Shown: one piece after another, positions 9,002 through 18,914 of the stretch
Numbering within the stretch: position 1 is the first letter of the stretch
How the letters are laid out: each line of letters opens with the position of its first letter
DNA from: Deltaproteobacteria bacterium
Lineage (GTDB): Bacteria; Myxococcota_A; Bradymonadia; REDH01
NCBI GenBank assembly: GCA_007693585.1
Contig: REDH01000072.1
Coordinates: 77,321 to 141,320, forward strand
Length of the DNA stretch: 64,000 nt
Reading direction: 5' to 3'
The notes under the pieces: generated by a model
What the model saw: only the letters and a program-made list of their open reading frames with translations
What the model was told of the DNA's origin: nothing
The model's database searches: none
Made by a program: the position numbers and the translations under genes

Positions 9002-11476
9002 TCAGAACCCGTGGGAAGGAGCCCCCTCGGCTCCCGAGCCATCCTCCTGGTCCTCGTCGAAGCCGAAGATGGAGCCCCGAAGCAGGGTGTCCTCCACGGA
9101 CCGCTCTTCGTCGACAGGTGCCATATCCAGGGGCACGGTACCCTCCAGAAAGAACTCGTCACGGGCCCCGGAGGCGCCCGCACGCGCGCGAAGCCCAGTC
9201 GCCTCGTCCACACGGACCACCCGAACCCCGGGAGGAGGCTCCGGAAAGCCCGGGGGCGGGTCGTCCGCGTGGGCCGCAGCCATGAAGTCAACCCAGATGG
9301 GCAGGGCCGTTCGGCCGCCACCCTCACCGCGTCCCAACGGATCGAAACTGTCCCGCCCCACCCAGACACCCGTCACCAGCCGCGTCGAGTAGCCCACGTA
9401 CCACGCATCACGAACCTGGTTCGTGGTGCCCGTCTTTCCCGCCGTCTCGAACGGAAGCCTGCGCGCCTGCGAACCGGTTCCCTCCGTCACCACGGACCGG
9501 AGCATCGAGGTCGTCAGCCAGGCCGTATCCGGTGCGATCCGCTGCTCCCGAATCACCTCGCGCTGGAAGAGCACGTTGCCCTCCGAATCCTCGATGCGCG
9601 AGATGATCCCGGGCTGCGCATGAACGCCGCCGGCCGCGAGCGTTGCGTACGCCGTTGTCAGCTCCATGGGGGACATCTCCGCCGCGCCCAGTGCCAGCGC
9701 CAGACCCTCGGGGAGCTGCACCGCGATACCTGCCTCACGGGCCATGCGCTGCGCCGCATCGACGCCGACCTGCCGGAGGATCTGCGCCGTCACCGTGTTG
9801 CGCGAGCGCGCCAGGGCCCGTCTGGCACTCATCTCTCCCTCGTATCGCCCGTCGTGGTTGCGCGGACGCCAGTCGGGGCCGACGTCCATCGCCTGCGTGA
9901 AAGGCTGGTCCACGTACAGGGTGGCGGGACTGAACAGGCGCGCGTCGAGCCCGGCCGCAAAGACGAAGGTCTTGAAGGCACTCCCGGTCTGGCGCCTGGC
10001 CTGGACCGCACGGTGAAAACTGCTCTCCCGGAAATCGAAGCCTCCCACAATCGCGCGAATGGCGCGCTCGTCCACGTCCATCGCGATCAGGGCCGCCTGC
10101 GCGGACGGCCGAAAGCGCACCAGCAGGTCCTCGGGACTCGCCGAAGCAAGAGCGTCCGGGGTCCAGGAACGAACCGGCTGGACCGTGAACACGGCGTGCA
10201 CCGGAAGAACCTCCGCCCACTCCCGCGACGCATCGGGGCGCATCCTCGATTCCGGCGCACGCACCAGCGTGGCGTCCACCCCGCCCATTCGCACCACCGT
10301 CGCCTCCGAGTCCGAACGCACGATCACCGCCCGATAGGCTTCGTCCGCATCCAGACCCGCGCGCATCACGTCCGCATGCTGCTCCCTCCCCCAACGTTCG
10401 GCGCCCTCCGCGTCGAGCATGCGGAACGGACGCAGGAAGCCCCGTCGCTCGTCGAACGCCTGCAGCCCGGCGACGACGGCTGCCTCCGCCGCGTCCTGAA
10501 GCTCGGGATCCACGGTCGTGTGAATCCGCAGCCCCTCCGCCATCCAGTTCCGGCCTGCCAACTCCGGGACCTCCTCCGCCAGCACCAGCAGCTCCCGCCG
10601 AGCGGCGTCCACCACCCAGGGGTGCCGGTCCAGACGCGGGGGACGGTCCTCGGGGCCGGCAAGCACGATCGGCGCCTCATCCGCCGCCCGATAGACGCTC
10701 TCCTCGATGAACCCCTTCTCCCACATCTGACGCAGAACGTAGGCCCGGCGCGCCAGGGCCCGCTCCGGATGCCTGTGCGGGTCCAGACGGTTCGGCGACT
10801 GGACCACAGCGGCCAGGAGCGCAGCTTCGGGCAACGACACCGTGGCGATGCCACGACCGAAATAGTAGTGCGCGGCCTCCTCGACGCCGTACGCCGTCCG
10901 ACCAAAGAAGACCTCGTTCAGATAGAGCTCGAGGATCTCGTCCTTGCTCAGTCGCTCCTCCAGCCGAAAGGCCAGAAGCAACTCCTGAATCTTGCGCCGA
11001 TACGTCCGCTCCGGGCTGAGCACGAGATTCTTCACGAGCTGCTGCGTGATGGTGCTCGCCCCCTGCACCGTCGCACCCGCCTCGATGTTCCGGATCGCCG
11101 CCCGGACGAGACCCCGGTAGTCCAGCCCCGGATGGCTGTAGAAGTCCGCGTCCTCGGCGGCGAGCATCGCATCCCGCATGACCTGCGGGATTTCCTCCCA
11201 GGGGACCACCGTCCGATGGATCAGCCGATCGTCCGTCCATCGGGCGAGCAGACTTCCATCCGCCGCCAGGACGGTGGTCGTCTGCGCAGGACGGTGATCG
11301 TCCACGGCGGAAATGTCCGGAAGGTCCGCGCTGAAGTGACGCCAGGCAAACCATGCGGCCACAGTGCCCACCACGAGCAGGAACAGGCCCAGGACAAGCC
11401 CGCCGACCAGCAACCGCCGCAGCCAGATCCGGGCCGCGGAGCGGCCCGGGCTTCGGGAACGCTTTCGCCTGGTCAC
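9002..11476 (-). CDS. mrcA: Class A penicillin-binding protein 1A (bifunctional glycosyltransferase/transpeptidase)
   Basis: N-terminal TM anchor. GT51 motifs (EDADFYSHPGLDYRG, GASTITQQL). Transpeptidase SxxK motif (GSAFKTFVFAAGL). The 824-aa length is typical. Confidence 0.8.
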   Translation of the reverse strand: MTRRKRSRSPGRSAARIWLRRLLVGGLVLGLFLLVVGTVAAWFAWRHFSADLPDISAVDDHRPAQTTTVLAADGSLLARWTDDRLIHRTVVPWEEIPQVMRDAMLAAEDADFYSHPGLDYRGLVRAAIRNIEAGATVQGASTITQQLVKNLVLSPERTYRRKIQELLLAFRLEERLSKDEILELYLNEVFFGRTAYGVEEAAHYYFGRGIATVSLPEAALLAAVVQSPNRLDPHRHPERALARRAYVLRQMWEKGFIEESVYRAADEAPIVLAGPEDRPPRLDRHPWVVDAARRELLVLAEEVPELAGRNWMAEGLRIHTTVDPELQDAAEAAVVAGLQAFDERRGFLRPFRMLDAEGAERWGREQHADVMRAGLDADEAYRAVIVRSDSEATVVRMGGVDATLVRAPESRMRPDASREWAEVLPVHAVFTVQPVRSWTPDALASASPEDLLVRFRPSAQAALIAMDVDERAIRAIVGGFDFRESSFHRAVQARRQTGSAFKTFVFAAGLDARLFSPATLYVDQPFTQAMDVGPDWRPRNHDGRYEGEMSARRALARSRNTVTAQILRQVGVDAAQRMAREAGIAVQLPEGLALALGAAEMSPMELTTAYATLAAGGVHAQPGIISRIEDSEGNVLFQREVIREQRIAPDTAWLTTSMLRSVVTEGTGSQARRLPFETAGKTGTTNQVRDAWYVGYSTRLVTGVWVGRDSFDPLGRGEGGGRTALPIWVDFMAAAHADDPPPGFPEPPPGVRVVRVDEATGLRARAGASGARDEFFLEGTVPLDMAPVDEERSVEDTLLRGSIFGFDEDQEDGSGAEGAPSHGF

Positions 11477-11541
11477 GAAGACCCCGGGGAACGGGAAGGG
11501 AGGACCTGTCGGTCAGCAGCAGAACAACGCCGGCTCACGCT

Positions 11542-12477
11542 TCATTCGTCCGCCTCGATCACCTCTTCGATGACGTCGTCGTCATCGACCGTGTACGTCT
11601 CGGGCTCCCGGACCGTGAACCGCGCCCACACCAGGCCAAGGGTATCGCGAACCTCCTCCGAACCGAAGTATTCCTCGACGGCCGTCCGCAGATACTGACG
11701 AGCCGCACTGCGATCCACATCCTCGTCGTACAGGTGCAGCAACCTCGGATCGAAGAACTCCCGGAACACCGGATGCTCCAGCACCGAACCGGACGGCCCG
11801 AGGCGCACCTCCAGATCCGCTCCCCCCGCAGCCTCCAGATCCAGATCCAGCCGTTCCTCGGACTCCTCGATGGCCTGCTCCACGGACGGCAACAGCCGGT
11901 AGGCGTCGATCGCCCCCCGGATCTCCGGGACGCGACTGGTCCAGCCATGCTCCGTCAGCAGGTCCATCAGCAGAGGAAAAGAGTCGGAGGCGAGCCCGCC
12001 GAAACAGATGAATCCACCGGGCTCGACCACACGGGCGAGGCTGCTCAGTGCATTGAAGACACCAGCTCCCTCATGGGTGTTGCCCAGGCACACCGCCCCC
12101 CGGAACACATCCTCCGCGAACGTGAGACTGCGAACCGGCTCCACCTTGAAGAAGACCGGGCTCCCGCCCCCCGCGCGTGCGCGCTCCCGGGCGACGTCGA
12201 CCAGACTCCGGGTCGGCTCCACCGCCATCAGCCGGGCCGCACCCGACCAGGCCTGTCGACACGCCTCCACCACATCGCCGGTGCGACACTCCGCCACGAG
12301 ACCGGTCGCACCCTCGATCCGCTCCCCGAGACCATCCTCGAACAGCCGCGGCAACACCTCGCCACACCACAACGGGCCCACCGCAGAAGACCACTCCTCC
12401 GCGAACGCGCGCTCCGACGCCTCTTCGTCCCTTCCCTTCACGAACGACCTCCCGGGGTCACATCGTCCACTCCCCAC
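11542..12477 (-). CDS. Putative class I SAM-dependent methyltransferase-fold protein
   Basis: Segment ...AVCLGNTHEGAGVFNALSSLARVVEPGGFICF resembles MTase motif II/post-II. Motif I is not clear. Codon usage is consistent with the neighbours. Confidence 0.35.
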   Translation of the reverse strand: MGSGRCDPGRSFVKGRDEEASERAFAEEWSSAVGPLWCGEVLPRLFEDGLGERIEGATGLVAECRTGDVVEACRQAWSGAARLMAVEPTRSLVDVARERARAGGGSPVFFKVEPVRSLTFAEDVFRGAVCLGNTHEGAGVFNALSSLARVVEPGGFICFGGLASDSFPLLMDLLTEHGWTSRVPEIRGAIDAYRLLPSVEQAIEESEERLDLDLEAAGGADLEVRLGPSGSVLEHPVFREFFDPRLLHLYDEDVDRSAARQYLRTAVEEYFGSEEVRDTLGLVWARFTVREPETYTVDDDDVIEEVIEADE

Positions 12478-12525
12478 CGCCGATCCGCGGAGCCGGCCAG
12501 AGCCATCTCCCCGGAGGCCCCCCCC

Positions 12526-13500
12526 CTAGAAGTGCCGGTGGCCACCGGGCTCGAGCCTCCTGCGGTTACCACCGCGATCCCGCAGAATCAAGTCAGCCTC
12601 ACCCACCCGCGTGACCTCCCCCACCCGGCGCCAGTCAGGCCCCGGAGCGTCCGCCGAAACCACGGCCATGACGTGGTCATCGCCCCCACCAAGGAGCCAG
12701 CGCTCCACAAGCTCCTCGGTCGCCCCGGGCACCTCGTGGAGCGCCTCCGCCTCCAGCAACGCGCGATCCACGTGCAGGGCGGCCTCGCTGGCCAGCGCCA
12801 CATGCCAGAGATCGCTCGACAACCCGTCGCTCAAGTCGATCGCAGCGTGCACACGACCCGCAACGAGCGCCGAGCCCGGCACCCGAACCGGATGCGGACG
12901 ACGATGCGCATCCAGCGCGCGCCGAGCCGCCACGCCCTCGAATGCCCCCCCACCGGACAAGAGAAGATGGAGCCCCGCCGCCGCCCAGCCCGGCTCGCCA
13001 CTCAACCAGATCCCGTCCCCTGCACAGGCGCCCCCACGCGTCAGGAAACGCCCTTCCGGAACCGCCCCCACCATGCAGACCGACAACACCAGCGATGACG
13101 GACTGGTTGTCGTGTCGCCCCCGACCAGATGCGCTTCGACACCGAACGCCTGCAGCGCCTCCTCCACCCCGTCCGCGAGCCGCGATGCAAGACCCGCCAG
13201 AGGCTCGCAGTGAGACGGGACCGACATGCTCAGCGTCCACGCCCGCGGCTCCGCTCCGCACGCCCAGAGATCACTCACGTTCGCGGCGATGAGCTTCCAC
13301 CCCACATCGGCCGGACTGCTCCAGTCCAGACGAAAGTGCACCCCCTCCACCATCGTGTCCGTGCACACCACCCGGCCATCCGAACGATGCAGCAGCACCG
13401 CGTCATCCCCAATCCCGTGTACACCCCGCCGCCCACCCCCAAGCCGACGCCGAAGGGACGCGATCACGCCGAACTCGCCACTGGTGCACCTAGAATCCAC
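12526..13500 (-). CDS. thiL: Thiamine-monophosphate kinase
   Basis: GEFGVIASLRRRL...IGDDAVLL...VVCTDTMVEGVHFRLDW...DVGWKLIAANVSDLWACGAEP matches ThiL/AIR-synthase-related family motifs. Confidence 0.75.
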   Translation of the reverse strand: MDSRCTSGEFGVIASLRRRLGGGRRGVHGIGDDAVLLHRSDGRVVCTDTMVEGVHFRLDWSSPADVGWKLIAANVSDLWACGAEPRAWTLSMSVPSHCEPLAGLASRLADGVEEALQAFGVEAHLVGGDTTTSPSSLVLSVCMVGAVPEGRFLTRGGACAGDGIWLSGEPGWAAAGLHLLLSGGGAFEGVAARRALDAHRRPHPVRVPGSALVAGRVHAAIDLSDGLSSDLWHVALASEAALHVDRALLEAEALHEVPGATEELVERWLLGGGDDHVMAVVSADAPGPDWRRVGEVTRVGEADLILRDRGGNRRRLEPGGHRHF

Positions 13501-14005
13501 CGCCCCCCATCCCGCGCAGAATCCGCCAACCCAGAAACACCGCGTAGACCAGCGCCGCGCTCACCAGCACCAGAAGACCGTTCTTCACCAGTCGCCCGGT
13601 CCGCTCCACGCTCCGCGTGCGCGAACCGACCACGTCCAGCATCGCGGACGCCACGGCGGTGGCACGCTCCACCAGCCGCTCCAGCGCACGACGCGGCTCC
13701 TCCTGATCCGGATGATCCGACACATGGTGCCGATAGCGCCGCAACCCCATGTCGAGCAGGTCGAACTCCAGAACATGCCGCACGAACGCATCGTTGCGCT
13801 CCACGCTCTCCGGCTCGGCCTCCACCGCACGCCAGAGACGCTCCGCCTCGTCGACCGCCTCCCCCTTGCCGAGTGGAACCGCCTCCCATGGCGCCTCTCC
13901 CGGCGCAGGCGCCAGCGCAAACACCAGACCACAGCGCGCGCAGCTCTCGTCATCGAACTGGCGATGCGCGCACTTGGGACACTTGATGGGAGGGAGGGTC
14001 GACAT
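13490..14005 (-). CDS. Hypothetical zinc-ribbon protein with a C-terminal TM helix
   Basis: MSTLPPIKCPKCAHRQFDDESCARCGLVF is a CxxC...CxxC zinc ribbon. C-terminal hydrophobic segment LLVLVSAALVYAVFLGW. Coding-like GC3. Overlaps the thiL start by 11 bp. Confidence 0.45.
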   Translation of the reverse strand: MSTLPPIKCPKCAHRQFDDESCARCGLVFALAPAPGEAPWEAVPLGKGEAVDEAERLWRAVEAEPESVERNDAFVRHVLEFDLLDMGLRRYRHHVSDHPDQEEPRRALERLVERATAVASAMLDVVGSRTRSVERTGRLVKNGLLVLVSAALVYAVFLGWRILRGMGGGGF

Positions 14006-14010
14006 CGCCG

Positions 14011-14886
14011 TCAGGCACTGGGCACGATCGGAGCCGGCGTAAAGGTCACGATGAACAGCACCAACGCCAGCAACGCCAGGCCAGCCTCCGCCCGCGAAAC
14101 CGGCCCCTCAAGGGCCACCGGCGGATGCCTCACGCCGATCACGAACGCCACGAGCCCGGCCAGAACCAGCCAGCCGGGATACCCCCACAAACCCAGCACG
14201 ACCAGCACGAGCAACGCCCCACGAGACACCCAGACCGCACGGTCCCCGAGCAACGCATAGGCGACGTGGCCACCATCGAGCTGCCCCACCGGCAGCAGGT
14301 TCAGCGCCGTCAGAAGCATCCCCGTCCAGGCCGCGAACGCCACCGGATGCAGAAACAACTCCTGCCCTTCCGGAATCACCCCGTGCACCTGCAGTACGAC
14401 CCCCTGCAGAAGAAGCGGATCGCCAAGCAGCAGCAACCCCGAGACGTCCTCCGGCAATGGCTTGACCTCGCTCAGCATCACCCCGACCACCAGAAACGGC
14501 AGCAACGCCACGAAACCGGCGATCGGTCCCCAGGCCGCAATCCGAATCAGACTGCCCGCCCGCATCGGCTCCAGCTCCATCCGGATCGCGGCTCCGAACG
14601 TCCCGATCGGCGGAATCCCCGGCAGCAGAAGCGGCGGGGACACCCGCACCCCATGACGCCGCGCCGTGAACCAGTGCCCGAACTCATGGGCCAGCAGGAT
14701 GCACAGCAGGGCAACAGCATGAGCAGCAGCAGCACGCCACGCTGCCCCCGACCGCAACAGCTCGCCGAACGAATCCGCCTCGCCACCCCCATGATACAGC
14801 CCCGCCCACAGCGTCGTGCACAGCGTCAGCACCCCGAGCGCGATGCTCAGACCGAGCTCGCGCCCCCGCTCCGTTCCCGACTTCAC
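14011..14886 (-). CDS. Site-2 protease family intramembrane zinc metalloprotease (peptidase M50)
   Basis: HEFGHWF (HExxH) within a TM segment, and NLLPVGQLDGGHV (LDG motif). A GTG start at 14886 overlaps the upstream gene's stop (GTGA). The ATG at 15006 would overlap that gene by 124 bp. Confidence 0.7.
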   Translation of the reverse strand: MKSGTERGRELGLSIALGVLTLCTTLWAGLYHGGGEADSFGELLRSGAAWRAAAAHAVALLCILLAHEFGHWFTARRHGVRVSPPLLLPGIPPIGTFGAAIRMELEPMRAGSLIRIAAWGPIAGFVALLPFLVVGVMLSEVKPLPEDVSGLLLLGDPLLLQGVVLQVHGVIPEGQELFLHPVAFAAWTGMLLTALNLLPVGQLDGGHVAYALLGDRAVWVSRGALLVLVVLGLWGYPGWLVLAGLVAFVIGVRHPPVALEGPVSRAEAGLALLALVLFIVTFTPAPIVPSA

Positions 14887-16079
14887 GGCTCCGGCCCGTC
14901 CGCAACGCGAGGCAGCCACGGCGATCGCCGGCCGTTCGCACCCCACTCGACAAGCCCCACCGGCGGGCGATATCCACCCGACTCCTCCCACATCCCGCGG
15001 CCACAAGGGCCCCGGGACACCAGCCCGGCTTCCGGACGCCCACCCGGACCCTCGACCAACGCACGACCCACCGCCCGCAGCCCGTCGAAATACACAACAT
15101 CCTCCGGCAACGGCTCCACCCCGAATGCAGCCGCGAATCGAATCGCGAACGCCTCGGCCACCGCACCCTCATCCGGCGCGCACCAACGACCGACGACGAC
15201 CCCGGCCGACAGCTCCGGCGGCGCACCCTCCAGCAGCGCAGCCCGAGGACCCCACAAAAGCGCAGTCGTTCCGTGCCCCGAAGCCGCAAGCTGCTCCAGA
15301 AGATCACGGAAGTCCGCAAGCGCCATGCCCTCCGTGGCCACGGCGATGACCTCGGGCAGCGGAACCGTCCCGGTGCCCGAACGCGACGCCGTGCGCACCC
15401 CCGGCGCACTGCGCCACGGATTGCCGCCCACCACCACCCGCTCGACCGGTACCCGAACCCCCGACGACTCCAACCACATCCGCTGCGCCGGCGTGATCCC
15501 CATCAGCGCGATACGCCCGTCCCCCGACCAGCCCAGCAAACGCTGCACCCCCGCATCGTCGAGTGCCTCCGCCACGACCCACCAGCGCCGTGGCCAGCGC
15601 GAGCCCGCATGCAGGGCCTCGAACGCATCCACGATGGCCGCGCCATCGACCCCCAGACGATACACCCCCTCGGGCGCACCGCGGGCGGCCCACCCGCTCC
15701 GGGGCAGAACGAACACCGGAACCCCGTCCGGACCACCCGCCAACGCAACCCGCTCGACGTCCCGCTCCGACACCACCCACCCCGCCACCGAACCCGACCG
15801 GATCACCTCCGCCAACCCCGCAGAACCCACCACGACCTCCAGGCGCCAGCTCACCCCAGGATCCTCCGAGTCCGCGAACGCCACCACCGGCGCGAGCGCC
15901 TCGCCAAGGCGCTCCGCATCCGCCTCGTCCTCCGCAAGCGCCACATGGACCACCACCGGAAGCGCTCCGGCCAGCAACGGACCGGCGAGACCGAACCCCA
16001 ACATCACCGGACAGAACACCGCCACGAAGACCACCCGGAGGACCAACGGGACTCCGCCCGGCCGGCATCGCCCCTTCAT
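14883..16079 (-). CDS. Hypothetical exported protein. Signal peptide. Possibly a periplasmic-binding-protein-like or LpoA-like fold.
   Basis: Start MKGRCRPGGVPLVLRVVFVAVFCPVML is a signal-like N-terminus. Its ATG overlaps the dnaJ-like stop (ATGA at 16076-16079). The functional assignment is weak. Confidence 0.4.
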   Translation of the reverse strand: MKGRCRPGGVPLVLRVVFVAVFCPVMLGFGLAGPLLAGALPVVVHVALAEDEADAERLGEALAPVVAFADSEDPGVSWRLEVVVGSAGLAEVIRSGSVAGWVVSERDVERVALAGGPDGVPVFVLPRSGWAARGAPEGVYRLGVDGAAIVDAFEALHAGSRWPRRWWVVAEALDDAGVQRLLGWSGDGRIALMGITPAQRMWLESSGVRVPVERVVVGGNPWRSAPGVRTASRSGTGTVPLPEVIAVATEGMALADFRDLLEQLAASGHGTTALLWGPRAALLEGAPPELSAGVVVGRWCAPDEGAVAEAFAIRFAAAFGVEPLPEDVVYFDGLRAVGRALVEGPGGRPEAGLVSRGPCGRGMWEESGGYRPPVGLVEWGANGRRSPWLPRVADGPEP

Positions 16080-16996
16080 GACTCGTCCAGGGCCGAGAGC
16101 CGGGCCATCGACTCGTGCCAGACCGTCGAACGATCCGCCCGCGCAAGCTCCGCCTCGAACCGCCGCAGCGCATCCAGCGCCTCCGGCGTGAACGGGCCCG
16201 AGGGGACCTCCACCTCCAGACGCACCTCCAGAGGACCTCGACCGCCATCCCCGTCCGGGATGCCCTGCCCGGCCACCACCACGGGCTCGCCGCGAGGATG
16301 CTCCGCCGGAACCAGCACCCGCACGACACGTCCGCCCACCGGAACCCTGAAGGTTCCGCCGGACACCCACTCGCCGAGACGAAGCGGAAGCCTCGCCTCG
16401 AGATGACCCGACGCCAGGAACCGCAGGAACGGGTGTTCCTCATGGCGAACGTCGATCAACAGATCTCCCGGAGCCCCTCCCCACACCCCGGGCGCGCCCT
16501 CGCGGCGCCAACGGAGCTGCTGGCCATCCCGGACGCCCGGGGGCAGATCGAACCGCAGCTGACGCATCACAATCTCCGGGACGTCGGCGCCCGGGTTGCG
16601 GGCCCGCGGCAACGACAGCACCCGCGCGATCCCGTCCAGCGCCTCCTCGACCGTGATCGTCACCTCCACCACCAGATCGTCACCCCGACGCGCCCGAAGA
16701 CTCCGCGAAGCGGCGCTCGCCACCCGCCTCAGCACCGTGCCGACCGTGGGCTGCCGATCCGCATGACGGGCCCCCGGCGGGCCCACCCCACCGAGATCGT
16801 ACCGCCGCCGGGCAGCCGGATCACGGAGCGTGGCCCAGGCCTCCGCCGCCTGCTTGAAGGCCTCCGCCGCAAGCGGATCATCCGGGTTCCGATCCGGATG
16901 CGCGGAACGCGCCACCCGACGCCAGGCCTCCCGGATCTCGTCCGCGTCGGCCCCCCGACGAACCCCGAGGATCTCGTAGTATGAGCGTTCGGCCAT
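16076..16996 (-). CDS. DnaJ-family co-chaperone: J-domain plus a DnaJ C-terminal domain, with no zinc-finger region (CbpA-like)
   Basis: MAERSYYEILGVRRGADADEIREAWRRVARSAHPDRNPDD carries the HPD motif. No CxxCxGxG repeats are present. Confidence 0.75.
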   Translation of the reverse strand: MAERSYYEILGVRRGADADEIREAWRRVARSAHPDRNPDDPLAAEAFKQAAEAWATLRDPAARRRYDLGGVGPPGARHADRQPTVGTVLRRVASAASRSLRARRGDDLVVEVTITVEEALDGIARVLSLPRARNPGADVPEIVMRQLRFDLPPGVRDGQQLRWRREGAPGVWGGAPGDLLIDVRHEEHPFLRFLASGHLEARLPLRLGEWVSGGTFRVPVGGRVVRVLVPAEHPRGEPVVVAGQGIPDGDGGRGPLEVRLEVEVPSGPFTPEALDALRRFEAELARADRSTVWHESMARLSALDES

Positions 16997-17020
16997 GAAT
17001 CGTCCGGTCCGGTGACGCCC

Positions 17021-18838
17021 CTACTCCTCGGCCGAAGCGGCATACACCGCGTCGGCGATCAGGTACGCTGCACCCTCCAGCCCCTCGAGGGTCTCCCGAA
17101 GGACCACCACGTCATCCTCGTCGCTCAGGATGCGATCCGACTCGTCGATCATGGTGCCGATGTCGGTGCGCTGCTCCTCCTCCAGCCGGTCTCCGAGATC
17201 CGCGAACGACTTGCGCACGCTGTACAGCATCGCCCGAAGCCGATTCTGGATGTCGGCGCGCGCCTTGCGCTCCTCGTCGTCCTCCTTCGACGCCGCGGCC
17301 TCCTCGAGGATCCGACCGATCTCCTGCTCCGTGAGACCGCTGGCCGCCTCGACCCGAACGCGCTGCTCCTTGCCCGTCGCCTCGTCGAGCGCGGTGACCT
17401 CGACGATGCCGTTCGCATCGATGTGGAACTCCACCTTGATCTTGGGGACCCCCCGTGGCGCCGGAGGCAGATCCACCAGCTGGAACCGCGCGAGCGAGCG
17501 GTTGTCCGCCGCCATGGGACGCTCGCCCTGGAGGACGTGAACTTCGACGAACGGCTGGTTGTCCACCGCCGTCGTGAAGATCTCGGCCACCGTCACCGGA
17601 ATGGTCGTGTTCTGGGGCACGAGCTTCGTGAACACGCCACCGGCCGTCTCCACACCAAGCGAGAGCGGGGTCACGTCCAGAAGCAGAACGTCGGCCACCT
17701 CGCCGGAGAGCACGCCCCCCTGCGTTGCCGCGCCGACGGCCACCACCTCGTCCGGGTTCACGCCCCGGGAGGCGTCCCGCCCGAAGAAGCCGCGCACCGC
17801 CTCCTGGACCGCGGGCATCCGCGTCATGCCGCCCACCAGGATGACCTCGTCCATGTCCGCGGGTGTGAGACCCGCAAAGTCGAGTACCTCCTGGCACGGG
17901 CCGAGCGTCCGCTCGATCAGCTCCGCGCACACATCCTCGAGCTCGCCGCGCGTGAGCCGCCGCGCCAGGTGCTGAGGACCCGCATCCGTCACCGCGATGA
18001 ACGGAAGGTTGATCTCCGTGCTCGTCGTCGTCGACAACTCCTGCTTGGCGCGCTCCGCAGCCTCACGCAGCCGCTGCATCGCCATCCGCTCCTCGTGCAG
18101 GTCGATCCCGTGCGTCTCCTGGAACTCCCGGACGAGGATCTCGATGATCCGGTTGTCGAAGTCCTCGCCCCCGAGGAACGTGTCGCCACTCGTGGCGCGA
18201 ACCTCGAACACGCCGTTGCGCACCTCCAGGAGGGTGATGTCGAACGTACCACCGCCAAGGTCGTAGACCGCGAACAGCCCCTCCCGCTCCTCCGACACCC
18301 CGTAGGCCAGGGCCGCCGCCGTGGGCTCGTTGATGATCCGCTCCACGTCCAGCCCCGCAAGCCGACCGGCGTCGCGGGTGGCCTGACGCTCCGAATCCCC
18401 GAAGTGCGCAGGGACCGTGATGATGGCCCGGGTCACTTCCTCGCCAAGATACTCCTCCGCAGCCTCCTTCAGCTTGCGCAGGATGAACGAGGAAATCTCC
18501 TGGGGACTGTAGTCCCGCTCGCGCACATGAACCCAGGCATCCCCGTTGGGCGCCTCCACGATCGAATACGCGTACACGCTCGCGCAATCCCGGGCCTCCG
18601 GCGAATCGTAGCGACGACCGATCAACCGCTTCACGGCCAGCACCGTCGCCTCAGGGTTCGTCACCGCCTGGCGCCGGGCCAGCGCACCCACCAGCTCCTC
18701 CCCCGTCTCGGTGATCGCCACCACCGACGGCGTCGTCCGCCCCCCCTCGGCGTTGGCGACAACCACCGCCTCGCCGTCGAAGTGGATCGCCACGCAGCTG
18801 TTCGTGGTCCCAAGGTCGATTCCAATGATCCGTGACAT
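17021..18838 (-). CDS. dnaK: Hsp70 family chaperone (DnaK paralogue, about 605 aa)
   Basis: MSRIIGIDLGTTNSCVA...DLGGGTFDITLL...VILVGGMTRMPAVQ are canonical Hsp70 ATPase motifs. The internal start is preferred over the ORF start at 18865. Confidence 0.85.
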   Translation of the reverse strand: MSRIIGIDLGTTNSCVAIHFDGEAVVVANAEGGRTTPSVVAITETGEELVGALARRQAVTNPEATVLAVKRLIGRRYDSPEARDCASVYAYSIVEAPNGDAWVHVRERDYSPQEISSFILRKLKEAAEEYLGEEVTRAIITVPAHFGDSERQATRDAGRLAGLDVERIINEPTAAALAYGVSEEREGLFAVYDLGGGTFDITLLEVRNGVFEVRATSGDTFLGGEDFDNRIIEILVREFQETHGIDLHEERMAMQRLREAAERAKQELSTTTSTEINLPFIAVTDAGPQHLARRLTRGELEDVCAELIERTLGPCQEVLDFAGLTPADMDEVILVGGMTRMPAVQEAVRGFFGRDASRGVNPDEVVAVGAATQGGVLSGEVADVLLLDVTPLSLGVETAGGVFTKLVPQNTTIPVTVAEIFTTAVDNQPFVEVHVLQGERPMAADNRSLARFQLVDLPPAPRGVPKIKVEFHIDANGIVEVTALDEATGKEQRVRVEAASGLTEQEIGRILEEAAASKEDDEERKARADIQNRLRAMLYSVRKSFADLGDRLEEEQRTDIGTMIDESDRILSDEDDVVVLRETLEGLEGAAYLIADAVYAASAEE

Positions 18839-18914
18839 CGTGCACGCTCCCGTTGACTGCAGCATCCCACCGGGAATCCCCCCGGAAGACGCGCCGGCGG
18901 TTCAGGTCCTTCCC

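Noticed and set aside
8951-11698. 915-aa plus-strand ORF overlapping PBP1A
   Set aside because: Arg/Pro/His-rich with no domain content. The opposite strand encodes a textbook class A PBP.
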